Shown here: positions 1-8,229 of the stretch, in pieces
How the letters are laid out: each line of letters begins with the position of its first letter
Numbering within the stretch: position 1 is the first letter of the stretch
Source: Acutalibacteraceae bacterium
Lineage (GTDB): Bacteria; Bacillota; Clostridia; Oscillospirales; Acutalibacteraceae
NCBI GenBank assembly: GCA_045533625.1
Contig: JAZSID010000032.1
Location: 17,311-49,310 of the forward strand
Reading direction: 5' to 3'
DNA: 32,000 nt
Notes under the pieces: model-generated
What the model was told of the DNA's origin: nothing
Database searches by the model: none
What the model saw: only the letters and a program-made list of their open reading frames with translations
Translations under genes and position numbers: made by a program

Positions 1-1149
1 ATCATCCTTGAAGGTATTGAACGGAGCGATGAAATTCAGTTCGTTCACAACATAATCCTTCCCGGTTTCGCTTGAAAACAGCCATTCAAGAAAAGCAATT
101 GAAGCCTTTCTGTCCGCTTCGGTAGCATTTTTGTTGATCGCAAGGTAATTTTCCGTACCGATACAAAGACCCTGCTTCTCCTCGCCCTCTATACCCATAT
201 AAATAGGAAGATATCGGATATCATCAGCCTTGACTACATTGCCCTTTACGTTTGAAATCTGTTCCCACGCCCAGTTACCGTTCTGCACCATCGCAGCCTT
301 GCCGAGAGCAAACTCTGCCATCGCATTGTCAACTGTCTTGCCTGAAAGAAGCTCTTTCTTTGTAGTTGAGTTGTTGAGATACATATCGAAAACTTTTCTG
401 AAATTTTCAGAATAGCTGAAATCGATATCCTTTGCATCGAGGGTTGTCAGTGTCGGAGAACCGTCGCTCTTTTCTTTCATTTCGTAATATACGGGCACAT
501 TGGCAAGATGTGTCGTCCAGCGCCACTGCTCTCCGCTACCCATCGAGGTTGAAGCAAAAACGCCGTCGATACCAAGCTCTTTTTTGTGCTTTGTCATATC
601 CGTTACAACGGCATTGAGGGTTTCAAAGCTCCTGATATCATCAGCTTTTGAAATACTTACAGCCTTATCCTCGAGAGCAAAGTATTTTTCCATAATCGCG
701 TTGTTATAAATAATTCCGTAGCCCTCAACAACGTACGGTATGCCGAAAACACCGTCAGAATTTTTAACGGCAAGATCTTTGTCGGTAAGGTAGCTGTAAA
801 GCTTTGTATCGCTCAGGTCGAGGCAATAATTTGCCCACGATTTATAGCCGACGGGACCGTTAATCTGAAAAATCGTCGGTGCGTCCTTCTTTGCAATTTC
901 GGATTTGAGAGTTGTTTCGTAGGTATTGCTTGCGGCTGTTACAACCTTGACATCAACACCTGTTTCTTCCTTATATTTTGTTGCGATTTCCTTGTAGATA
1001 TCCGCAACCTCAGGCTTGAAATTAAGGAAATACACTTTACCCGCATTCGATGTCTGGTTATCAGGCTTGGTTTCATTTTTCATTCCGCATGCCGCAAGTG
1101 TAAAAATGAGTACGGCACAAAGCAAAATAGCAACTGTTTTCTTCATCAT
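1..1149 (-). CDS. ABC transporter extracellular solute-binding lipoprotein (family-1, sugar/maltodextrin-type). The C-terminus is cut by the window edge.
   Basis: Not in the supplied ORF track. My translation of the reverse strand from the ATG at 1149 gives MMKKTVAILLCAVLIFTLAACGMKNETKPDNQTSNAGKVYFLNFKPEVADIYKEIATKYKEETGVDVKVV..., with a lipobox (LAAC). The frame stays open to base 1 (383 codons). An AAGGAGG RBS at 1154-1160 overlaps the malQ stop. The gene lies directly downstream of malQ. Confidence 0.8.
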   Translation of the reverse strand, partial: MMKKTVAILLCAVLIFTLAACGMKNETKPDNQTSNAGKVYFLNFKPEVADIYKEIATKYKEETGVDVKVVTAASNTYETTLKSEIAKKDAPTIFQINGPVGYKSWANYCLDLSDTKLYSYLTDKDLAVKNSDGVFGIPYVVEGYGIIYNNAIMEKYFALEDKAVSISKADDIRSFETLNAVVTDMTKHKKELGIDGVFASTSMGSGEQWRWTTHLANVPVYYEMKEKSDGSPTLTTLDAKDIDFSYSENFRKVFDMYLNNSTTKKELLSGKTVDNAMAEFALGKAAMVQNGNWAWEQISNVKGNVVKADDIRYLPIYMGIEGEEKQGLCIGTENYLAINKNATEADRKASIAFLEWLFSSETGKDYVVNELNFIAPFNTFKDD

Positions 1150-1158
1150 TTTTCCTCC

Positions 1159-2619
1159 TTATAAGGCTCTTGAATAAAGCTTTGTCATATCAGCGATTTT
1201 CTTCGCGAGCTCGTCTGTGAGCATACCGTCACTCAGGCGCCACTCCCAGTTTCCGTAAGGAATTGAAGGTACATTCATCCTTGCTTCACTACCGAGCGTT
1301 AACCAGTCCTGAATGGGTATTATCACAGTTTCGCTGACACTCATAAATAACGCTCTAATACAATCATTGACTAAACTTTCTGCATTATTCACATTAAGAT
1401 ATTTTTTGGCAAAAGACAGCGCAGTATCATCCGAAATGAGTGACCACTGTTTCATCGTCGGATTATCGTGAGTACCTGTATAAGCAACGCTGTGGCGTGT
1501 ATAGCTGTGCGGAAGGAATTCCTCTGCTCCCTCGAAGCCGAACTGCAGCACCTTCATACCGGGAAAGTCGCTGTAACAAAGAAGGTCGCGAACTTTATCC
1601 GTGATATTCCCGAGGTCTTCGGCAATAATCCTGATTTCGGGAATATTTCTTTTAAGCGCATCGATGAATTCCCGTGACGGACCTTTGTACCACTCACCGC
1701 ACGTTGCATCCTGCGAGGTTGCATCCACGGCATAGTAATCCTCAAAACCTCTGAAATGATCAATCCGTACAACATCGTAAAGATTCGCCGTCTGCTTCAT
1801 TCTTTCTATCCACCAAGAAAATTTGTTTTTTCGGTGATGCATCCAATCATAGACAGGATTTCCCCACAACTGACCAAGCGGTGAATATTCATCGGGCGGA
1901 CAACCTGAAAAAAGTGCAGGATTGCCGTCATCATCCGTTATAAAAAGTTCATTATGAAGCCACATTTCGCACGAATCGGCTGAAACATAAATCGGCACAT
2001 CGCCGATGATTTCAATATTTCTCTCGTTTGCATATTTTTTAAGACTATTCCATTGAGAGAAGAAAAGAAACTGTACCGCTTTCCATTGTTTTATTCTTTT
2101 ACTGAAGTTTATTTTCAGACCTTCAAGCTTTTCTTCGTCAGGCAGACGGATTTTCTCATCCCAATTCTTCAAGGATTTCATTTCAAGGCTTTCCTTGACA
2201 GCCATAAAAAGTGCATAATCCTCAAGCCAGAAGCGGTTTTGTTTTTCAAACGAAATGAATTCATCTGAACTTATATCCACAGCATCGGCGGCTTTTAATA
2301 TAAGGTTTAATCTGTCTTTGTAAAGGTTACCGTAATCAATTCTGCCGTTATTCTTTTGAATCGGAAGCTCTTTTTCTTCAATATAACCCGAGTTTAACAG
2401 CAACATCGGGTCAATATAATAAGGGTTGCCTGCAAAAGCTGAAAAGCATTGGTAGGGACTGTTCCCGAAACCCGTATGTCCTAAAGGCAGAATCTGCCAA
2501 TAATGCTGACACGACGAAGAAAGAAAATCCACAAAATCATAAGCTTCTTCACCGAATGTACCTATACCGTAATCGGACGGCAAGGCACTTATCGGCAGAA
2601 GGATACCGCTTGCTCTCAA
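1159..2619 (-). CDS. malQ: 4-alpha-glucanotransferase (amylomaltase, GH77)
   Basis: 486 aa. The N-terminus MRASGILLPISALPSDYGIGTFGEEAYDFVDFL...WQILPLG...SPYQCFSAFAGNPYYID is typical of MalQ. The start is TTG, with a GGAGA RBS 9 nt upstream. Confidence 0.93.
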   Translation of the reverse strand: MRASGILLPISALPSDYGIGTFGEEAYDFVDFLSSSCQHYWQILPLGHTGFGNSPYQCFSAFAGNPYYIDPMLLLNSGYIEEKELPIQKNNGRIDYGNLYKDRLNLILKAADAVDISSDEFISFEKQNRFWLEDYALFMAVKESLEMKSLKNWDEKIRLPDEEKLEGLKINFSKRIKQWKAVQFLFFSQWNSLKKYANERNIEIIGDVPIYVSADSCEMWLHNELFITDDDGNPALFSGCPPDEYSPLGQLWGNPVYDWMHHRKNKFSWWIERMKQTANLYDVVRIDHFRGFEDYYAVDATSQDATCGEWYKGPSREFIDALKRNIPEIRIIAEDLGNITDKVRDLLCYSDFPGMKVLQFGFEGAEEFLPHSYTRHSVAYTGTHDNPTMKQWSLISDDTALSFAKKYLNVNNAESLVNDCIRALFMSVSETVIIPIQDWLTLGSEARMNVPSIPYGNWEWRLSDGMLTDELAKKIADMTKLYSRAL

Positions 2620-2634
2620 AATGAATCATCTCCA

Positions 2635-2662
2635 TTGACATATGTTTTTATTTTGCTATAAT
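2635..2662 (+). promoter_or_regulatory. sigma-A-type promoter TTGACA-16-TATAAT upstream of the Dabb gene
   Basis: TTGACA at 2635-2640 and TATAAT at 2657-2662, read by eye. It lies about 30 nt upstream of the ATG at 2694. Confidence 0.5.
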
Positions 2663-2693
2663 TATTTAAAAATATTCATATCGGAGGTCTAAT

Positions 2694-2981
2694 ATGGTTA
2701 AGCATATTGTATTCTGGAACGTAAGAAACGATGAGAAAAAAGAAGATAATATGACAGAAATGAAAAAACGCCTCACTTCCCTTGTCGGAAAGGTAGACGG
2801 TCTTATCAGCGCAGAGGTCGGTTTTAACTTTAATCCTAACGGATACGACCTTGCTTTATATTCAATTTTTAAGGATAAGGAAGCCCTTGACTCATATCAG
2901 GTGCATCCCGAGCATCTTAAGGTAAAGGAATTCGTTCATTCCGTTATTACAGACAGATGCGTTGTTGATTTTGAATTCTAA
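2694..2981 (+). CDS. Dabb-family protein (stress-responsive alpha/beta barrel domain)
   Basis: 95 aa. MVKHIVFWNV...LISAEVGFNF...YDLALYSIFKDKEALDSYQVHPEHLKVKEF matches the Dabb pattern (HIV.f......H..H......). GGAGG RBS. Confidence 0.8.
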   Translation: MVKHIVFWNVRNDEKKEDNMTEMKKRLTSLVGKVDGLISAEVGFNFNPNGYDLALYSIFKDKEALDSYQVHPEHLKVKEFVHSVITDRCVVDFEF

Positions 2982-2985
2982 AAGT

Positions 2986-3025
2986 TAAGACTCCTGACTG
3001 CAAATGTCAGGAGTCTTATTTTATA
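2986..3025. terminator. bidirectional rho-independent terminator between the Dabb gene and the MFS gene
   Basis: 13-bp perfect stem: TAAGACTCCTGAC (2986-2998) pairs with GTCAGGAGTCTTA (3006-3018). It is followed by TTTTAT and preceded by AAAAG. Confidence 0.75.
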
Positions 3026-4262
3026 CTGATTTTTTGAATTTCTTTTTGATTATCAAAAGCACAACCACACCAAGCAGCGGGAAGATTGCCGCCGTCAGCA
3101 TACCAACCTTCATTCCGAGCTGTTCAGTTGTTACGGATATCGTCGGGGCAAAATCTGCCGCCCACGCGCTTACCGAAACCTTATCGGCGATGGCACCAAG
3201 CATCTGTGGAGCAACGGAAGCTCCGAAATCTCCGCCTGCCGCCATAAGAGCGTATGCCGTAACTCCCGGGTTATCGAATTTTTCTTCCATAAGGATAAGT
3301 GTACCCGGCCAGAGCATTGAGGTGCAAAGTCCCGTCAGGATACACGCAAATGTTGCGATAATTGCATTTGGTACAAGGCCCGCAACAAGGTAACACCCGA
3401 GAGCACCGATCATACTGACAAAAAGGACGTTCGTAATGTTTTTACCGCGCTTCGCATAAGCCGTTCTTGCAAGACCGAGAAGAACCGCAAAAACCAGCAT
3501 TCCGAGCACGTCACCTGTTGCTTTCGGAATATTCAGGGCATTTTCCATATAACCTGAAATCCAGTTGGTCATAGTATTTTCTGCCGCACTGCCAAGGAAT
3601 ATGCAGAGAACACAGAGGTACATTCCCCTGTGACGTTTTTTCATTTTTTCGCTTTCTCCGTGTGAAAGATTCATTTCAGGCATCGGTGAAACGCTGAAAA
3701 GAACGAAAGAAATTATCGGAAGTGCCGCCCAGAAAAGAGTAAGATACATCCAGTTTTCTGTGCCGAAAAGCTTGAAAAATGCCGTGCTTATAAGGACAAC
3801 TGTTACTACTCCGTAAGCATAAAGGGAATGGAGCAGGCTCATATCCTTATCGGGCGTTTCAGACGGAATTGCGGCAATAAGCGGACTGAGAAGCACTTCG
3901 CAAAGTCCTGCAGCAACAGAAAATATCACTGTTCCCACGATAAGTCCGTAATAGGCATACTGCGGGAAGAAATTCGGAACAAGTGCATAAATCAGAAGCC
4001 CCAATGAAGTAAGAAGAGGCATAACCCTTACTGACAGCTTAGGATCGAAATACTTTGTAAAAAAAGTAAAAAGCAAGTCAACTATCAGCTGAGTACAGAA
4101 GTTAGTGAGCACAAGAGTTCCGAGAAGAGTATAGGAAATTCCGTACATTTCACGAAAAGTCACAAAAAGCAACGGCGGAAGGCTGAAAACTGACGCCATT
4201 GCGAGATATGTAAAATAGCAGGCACGTTTTGTCCTGGTGAAATTTTTGATTGAATCCGACAT
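3021..4262 (-). CDS. MFS transporter
   Basis: 413 aa with about 12 hydrophobic segments and a central charged loop (HGESEKMKKRHRG) separating two six-helix halves. GAGGGGGA RBS. Confidence 0.8.
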   Translation of the reverse strand: MSDSIKNFTRTKRACYFTYLAMASVFSLPPLLFVTFREMYGISYTLLGTLVLTNFCTQLIVDLLFTFFTKYFDPKLSVRVMPLLTSLGLLIYALVPNFFPQYAYYGLIVGTVIFSVAAGLCEVLLSPLIAAIPSETPDKDMSLLHSLYAYGVVTVVLISTAFFKLFGTENWMYLTLFWAALPIISFVLFSVSPMPEMNLSHGESEKMKKRHRGMYLCVLCIFLGSAAENTMTNWISGYMENALNIPKATGDVLGMLVFAVLLGLARTAYAKRGKNITNVLFVSMIGALGCYLVAGLVPNAIIATFACILTGLCTSMLWPGTLILMEEKFDNPGVTAYALMAAGGDFGASVAPQMLGAIADKVSVSAWAADFAPTISVTTEQLGMKVGMLTAAIFPLLGVVVLLIIKKKFKKSV

Positions 4263-4303
4263 TTTATCCCCCTCAAATTAATTAAGTCACTCAATTGAGT
4301 GCC

Positions 4304-4840
4304 TTATCTTTTTCTGAAAATCTTTCTTACTGTCCTTTGCCATTTTCTGTAGTATGCTATTTCGAGCATCATCAGTGCTTTGTCATAAAGCATAAATGCA
4401 AATATACCAAGCACGACAACAAACGGCAGAAGGTATTTTTCACTTTCTTCAAGCATTTCGGTTGAGATTCCGAAAACAAAAATCATAACACTGTATGCCG
4501 CAACAGCCACAACGGTGAAGAAAATGACTTTTAATATTGCCGATATAACCTTTTTAGGTTTATCAAAAAACGGCTTTACAAGCGGATAATAGCCAAGCAA
4601 AGCTATATAAATTCCGACTGCTTCCTTGCCCGGTACAACAAGAGCGCTGACAACGGCAGTACCGAAATAAACACTCAAGCCCCATTTCCATCCGCATTCA
4701 ACAGACATAAAAAGAACAAGCAACGCCGCCATTGCAGGTAAAGCATATGTGAAATACGGCAGGATTGAGGAAGCGAGCATAACAGCCGTTGAAAGAGCAA
4801 TACACATTCCGCCCAAGGCGGTTTTTAATGTTTTGTTCAT
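4304..4840 (-). CDS. polytopic membrane protein of unknown function (ECF S-component-like topology, low confidence)
   Basis: 178 aa with about 5 TM segments and a basic tail (RKWQRTVRKIFRKR). A GAGAGG RBS sits 7 nt before the ATG. There are only 13 nt after the stop of the upstream J-like gene. Confidence 0.65.
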   Translation of the reverse strand: MNKTLKTALGGMCIALSTAVMLASSILPYFTYALPAMAALLVLFMSVECGWKWGLSVYFGTAVVSALVVPGKEAVGIYIALLGYYPLVKPFFDKPKKVISAILKVIFFTVVAVAAYSVMIFVFGISTEMLEESEKYLLPFVVVLGIFAFMLYDKALMMLEIAYYRKWQRTVRKIFRKR

Positions 4841-4853
4841 TTGAAAGCCTCTC

Positions 4854-5471
4854 TTAACAGCAACGTATCAGGTCGCCGCCCATGCATTCACAGCAACAGT
4901 CCGCACAGCAGAGACCCGTACAGATATCGCAGCCGTCACAACCGCAGGGGTCACAGCAACCGTTGTTTGTGTTCGTGTTTCTTTCCTGACGGTAATGACC
5001 CTTCTTTTCTCTGTTGAGCTGTTTGAATGCCGCAGTATATTCAGGATTCTGCGGTTCCATATTGTGGGCACGCTCAAAGCTTTCTGCCGCACTTTCAAGC
5101 CATCCGCGACGGTGCTGGATTGTACCTTTGAGGTAAAACCATTCGGCATTACGGCGCTGGTGCGGAATTCCGTCAAGGAGCATTTCAGCGTCATCGATTC
5201 TTCCGCTGTTGAGTTTTGCCCTTATATCACCGAATTCGGATGTACCTTCGGTTGTGTTTGCCTCGTAAGTATACTGAGTGTTTGTATTTGCATATGTGTT
5301 GCTTCGGTTTTTATTCCCGAAGTTCATCACAATTGTATCATAAGCCGCATTGAGTTCATCCATTTTCTGATAATCGCTGTTATGGATACGTGCAAGTTCT
5401 CTGTATGCTTTTTTGACTTCATCAAGGCTTGCACCCTGTTCAAGACCGAGAACCTCATACGGATTTCTCAT
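4854..5471 (-). CDS. J-like domain / TPR protein with a C-terminal cysteine string
   Basis: 205 aa. NPYEVLGLEQGASLDEVKKAYRELARIHNSD...LNAAYDTI is J-domain helix I-III architecture, with HNSD in place of HPD. The central EWFYLKGTIQHRRGWLESAAESFERAHNMEPQNPEY is TPR-like. The last 34 residues contain 14 Cys. Confidence 0.85.
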   Translation of the reverse strand: MRNPYEVLGLEQGASLDEVKKAYRELARIHNSDYQKMDELNAAYDTIVMNFGNKNRSNTYANTNTQYTYEANTTEGTSEFGDIRAKLNSGRIDDAEMLLDGIPHQRRNAEWFYLKGTIQHRRGWLESAAESFERAHNMEPQNPEYTAAFKQLNREKKGHYRQERNTNTNNGCCDPCGCDGCDICTGLCCADCCCECMGGDLIRCC

Positions 5472-6321
5472 CTTCTGCGCCTCCTTTTTTCAACACTTTC
5501 TGTGTGACTGAATAAACTCCGTCATAAAGTACATTGGTTAATATATCATCAAATCGAAAAATTTTCAATCTTTTATAAAAAATAATCGCTTCGCCGATTG
5601 TAAGATTCATCATTTCTTCGCAATATTCCGTGAAATTTTCGTCACCTGCGCGTTTTTTCAACGGGTTGAAACTGCCGTCTTTGATATCGTCCCCACAATC
5701 ATTGACGGCATCCGTGATATAAACCCACCTGCCGACCATATAGCCGAACTTTTTTAGCGATTCTTTATCTTCACATTCAATATTATGTACAAGAAGTTCG
5801 GAAAGCATCACAGCACTCGGATCAGCGGCTTCGTCAAGATTTCCGTTACGCTTTTCAATTTCCTGCTGACGTGCCATCTGCTGTTCGAGCACCTTGCTGA
5901 CTTCGCCCGTCCTTCTGCAAGCTTTTTTGTAAAGGTGTTTTGCATACGGCATAACAAGTCTGCAAAGGAATCTTTTGAAAAATCCGCTGTCCTGAATATT
6001 ATCGCACAGCTTATGGTACATCATAAGAATTGTGACATCCGCCGTGTATGCGATGTCCTCGTTATCGCGGTTGCAGTCAAGACATTTTTTTGCAGGGTTA
6101 AAAGAACAGTGTGACTGTTTAAATCCGGGGCAACTGCTTCGCACAGCCATTCTTACCATTGCAAAAAACGTAAAATCATAGGAGAGAATGAAACGTGGAA
6201 TAAATCCGTAACGCTTGCCGAGTGCCTTGCAAAGAGTACAGTATACGCCCTTATAAAGCTCATAGTCTTTGAACTTCATTTCAGGTTTATGCGCTCTTAT
6301 ATAGCCTAACACTTCATTCAC
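5455..6321 (-). CDS. DUF5685-family protein
   Basis: 288 aa. The N-terminus LGYIRAHKPEMKFKDYELYKGVYCTLCKALGKRYGFIPRFILSYDFTFFAMV matches my recollection of the DUF5685 signature (..GY..P....L...E...Y...YC.LC..L....G...R..L.YD). It overlaps the downstream J-like gene by 17 nt. Confidence 0.75.
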   Translation of the reverse strand: MNEVLGYIRAHKPEMKFKDYELYKGVYCTLCKALGKRYGFIPRFILSYDFTFFAMVRMAVRSSCPGFKQSHCSFNPAKKCLDCNRDNEDIAYTADVTILMMYHKLCDNIQDSGFFKRFLCRLVMPYAKHLYKKACRRTGEVSKVLEQQMARQQEIEKRNGNLDEAADPSAVMLSELLVHNIECEDKESLKKFGYMVGRWVYITDAVNDCGDDIKDGSFNPLKKRAGDENFTEYCEEMMNLTIGEAIIFYKRLKIFRFDDILTNVLYDGVYSVTQKVLKKGGAEDEKSV

Positions 6322-6336
6322 TCCTTACAATAAGAT

Positions 6337-6789
6337 TTAAAATAAAACAAACGTTTTGATTTTCCTTCCGCATTCGGGACAGGTTATGTGCCTTACACCG
6401 CGCTTTTTACTCAGTCGCAGATGTCTGTCGCACTGAGGACAGGTACGGAAACGGTGCGTCCTTATCTGTGACAGTCTTACTCTGAGTCTTTTCAGTTTTT
6501 TGTTCATAACACGTACAAAATCCTGAAAACGGATACGCGCAAGAAAACTTTCAAACTGCTGTGCTTCGTATCTTCTTTTTTCGATATTCTTTGAAAGAAA
6601 TCTCAAAACGGACACAACAAGAAAGAAAAGCGCAACCGTCCACAAAGAAAAATAAACAAGCCTGTTGAAAGTAAAAAACATTTTTATTCCGTTGAAAAGA
6701 AGGTACAAAAACAGTGTAAACATACCAAGTTTGTCAACGCCGTTTCTTCCGTACATAAAAGCTCTGATTTTTTCGATAAAATTCTGCAT
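6337..6789 (-). CDS. membrane protein with a C-terminal zinc ribbon
   Basis: 150 aa with two TM segments (residues about 22-65), then a basic helix and CPQC-x17-CPEC (a zinc-ribbon spacing). Its stop lies 15 nt upstream of the DUF5685 gene start. Confidence 0.7.
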   Translation of the reverse strand: MQNFIEKIRAFMYGRNGVDKLGMFTLFLYLLFNGIKMFFTFNRLVYFSLWTVALFFLVVSVLRFLSKNIEKRRYEAQQFESFLARIRFQDFVRVMNKKLKRLRVRLSQIRTHRFRTCPQCDRHLRLSKKRGVRHITCPECGRKIKTFVLF

Positions 6790-6839
6790 ATAATTACATC
6801 CCGAGGAAAATTAATATTTATGTTCATATAATACTATAC

Positions 6840-6867
6840 TTGACAAATCGGGTCAAGGTGTTACAAT
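6840..6867 (+). promoter_or_regulatory. sigma-A-type promoter TTGACA-16-TACAAT upstream of cysK
   Basis: TTGACA at 6840-6845 and TACAAT at 6862-6867. The spacer contains the inverted repeat TTGAC...GTCAA. Confidence 0.45.
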
Positions 6868-6898
6868 TTTATTAAATTTTATTAAAAGAAGGATTTCC

Positions 6899-7825
6899 AT
6901 GAAGGTTTTTAACAACTTTTCGGAGCTGGTTGGCAACACTCCGCTTATGAAGCTTAATAATTTCTGTAAAAAGAATCAGCTTGATGCAGAGATTTATGCC
7001 AAGCTCGAATATTTCAACCCTGCGGGAAGCGTCAAGGACAGAGTCGCTCTTGAAATGATTGATGCGGCTGAGGCTGACGGCAGACTTAAAGAAGGATCTG
7101 TCATTATTGAACCAACAAGCGGAAATACGGGTATCGGACTTGCTGCAATTGCGGCAGCAAGAGGATACCGTGCGATAATTATTATGCCCGACACCGCGAG
7201 TGAAGAAAGAAGAAAGCTCATCTGTGCATACGGTGCTGAGCTTATACTCATTGAAGGTGCAAAAGGTATGGCAGGTTGCGTTGAAAAAGCAGAAGAACTC
7301 AAAGCATCTTTGCCGAACAGTATTATTGCAGGGCAATTCACAAACCCATCCAATCCCAAGGCACATTTCAAAACAACAGCCCCTGAAATTTGGAACGACC
7401 TTGACGGCAAGGTTGACGTTTTTGTTGCAGGAATAGGTACCGGCGGCACAATCTGCGGAAACGCAGAATTCCTTAAAGAAAAGAATCCTTCAATAAGTGT
7501 TATCGGCGTTGAACCTGCCTCCTCGCCTCTTATAACTCAAGGAAAAGCCGGAGCTCATAAAATTCAGGGAATCGGAGCTAACTTCATTCCCGAAATCCTC
7601 AGAACCGAGCTGATTGACGAAATTATTACCGTGAGCAACGATGACGCATATGATTTTGCACGTCGGGTTGCTGAATGTGAGGGTGTGTTCGTCGGAATTT
7701 CTTCAGGTGCGGCGCTTTTTGCCGCTACGAAAATTGCGAAGCGCGAAGAAATGAAAGGAAAGAAAATTGTCGTAATCTTCCCTGACGGAGGTTCAAGGTA
7801 TCTTTCTACTCCTGATTTTATATAA
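6899..7825 (+). CDS. cysK: cysteine synthase A (O-acetylserine sulfhydrylase, PLP-dependent)
   Basis: 308 aa. Motifs: LVGNTPLMKL, NPAGSVKDR (PLP lysine), EPTSGNTGIGLA, GIGTGGTI, ISSGAA. Confidence 0.95.
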   Translation: MKVFNNFSELVGNTPLMKLNNFCKKNQLDAEIYAKLEYFNPAGSVKDRVALEMIDAAEADGRLKEGSVIIEPTSGNTGIGLAAIAAARGYRAIIIMPDTASEERRKLICAYGAELILIEGAKGMAGCVEKAEELKASLPNSIIAGQFTNPSNPKAHFKTTAPEIWNDLDGKVDVFVAGIGTGGTICGNAEFLKEKNPSISVIGVEPASSPLITQGKAGAHKIQGIGANFIPEILRTELIDEIITVSNDDAYDFARRVAECEGVFVGISSGAALFAATKIAKREEMKGKKIVVIFPDGGSRYLSTPDFI

Positions 7826-7827
7826 AC

Positions 7828-7861
7828 AAAAAAAGTCCGGTTTCCCGGACTTTTTATTTTT
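7828..7861. terminator. bidirectional terminator shared by cysK and the convergent lipoprotein gene
   Basis: GTCCGG (7835-7840) pairs with CCGGAC (7845-7850), with loop TTTC. An A-run lies upstream and a T-run downstream. Confidence 0.75.
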
Positions 7862-8218
7862 TTAAAACATTTTAACAACCTTATACGCTGTAATTGTTTT
7901 TGGATTTTTCTTAGAAAGCTTTCCGTTATAATGGATTTCAAGAGTGTCGCCTACAACAAGGTCTTCACGCGAAATCTCGTTGCCGTCCTTATCGTAAATC
8001 TTCTCGCCGTCCTTGAACTTAATGTAAATTCCGTTCTTGTCATAAAGCTCGGAATACACACCGCCGAGGTCCTGAACCTCAACTATAAATTCACCTTCAA
8101 GACTTTTGATGCTGTATGTAGCCTGAACTGTTGCAACCTCTTCAGAATCCTCTGATCCGCAAGCAACACAAGCAAAAAGCATAAGAACCGCAAGTAACAA
8201 AGCTGCTGTTTTTTTCAT
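7862..8218 (-). CDS. small lipoprotein of unknown function
   Basis: Start re-called to the ATG at 8218 (MKKTAALLLAVLMLFACVACGSE, with a signal peptide and lipobox). An AAGAGG RBS sits upstream. The track ORF begins 8 codons earlier, inside the upstream gene. Confidence 0.7.
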   Translation of the reverse strand: MKKTAALLLAVLMLFACVACGSEDSEEVATVQATYSIKSLEGEFIVEVQDLGGVYSELYDKNGIYIKFKDGEKIYDKDGNEISREDLVVGDTLEIHYNGKLSKKNPKTITAYKVVKMF

Positions 8219-8229
8219 AAGCAAACCTC

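Noticed and set aside
3004-3393. 129-aa + strand ORF
   Set aside because: It is antisense to the MFS transporter gene and begins inside the terminator hairpin.
4995-5507. 170-aa + strand ORF, plus the 108-aa - strand ORF at 4868-5194
   Set aside because: Both overlap the J-like gene, whose frame shows J-domain, TPR-like and Cys-string features. The alternatives have no motifs and no RBS.
6872-7449. Two long - strand ORFs (164 and 151 aa) opposite cysK
   Set aside because: cysK is unambiguous on the + strand. The antisense frames are low-complexity (Ser/Ala/Ile-rich or Cys-rich) and lack start signals.
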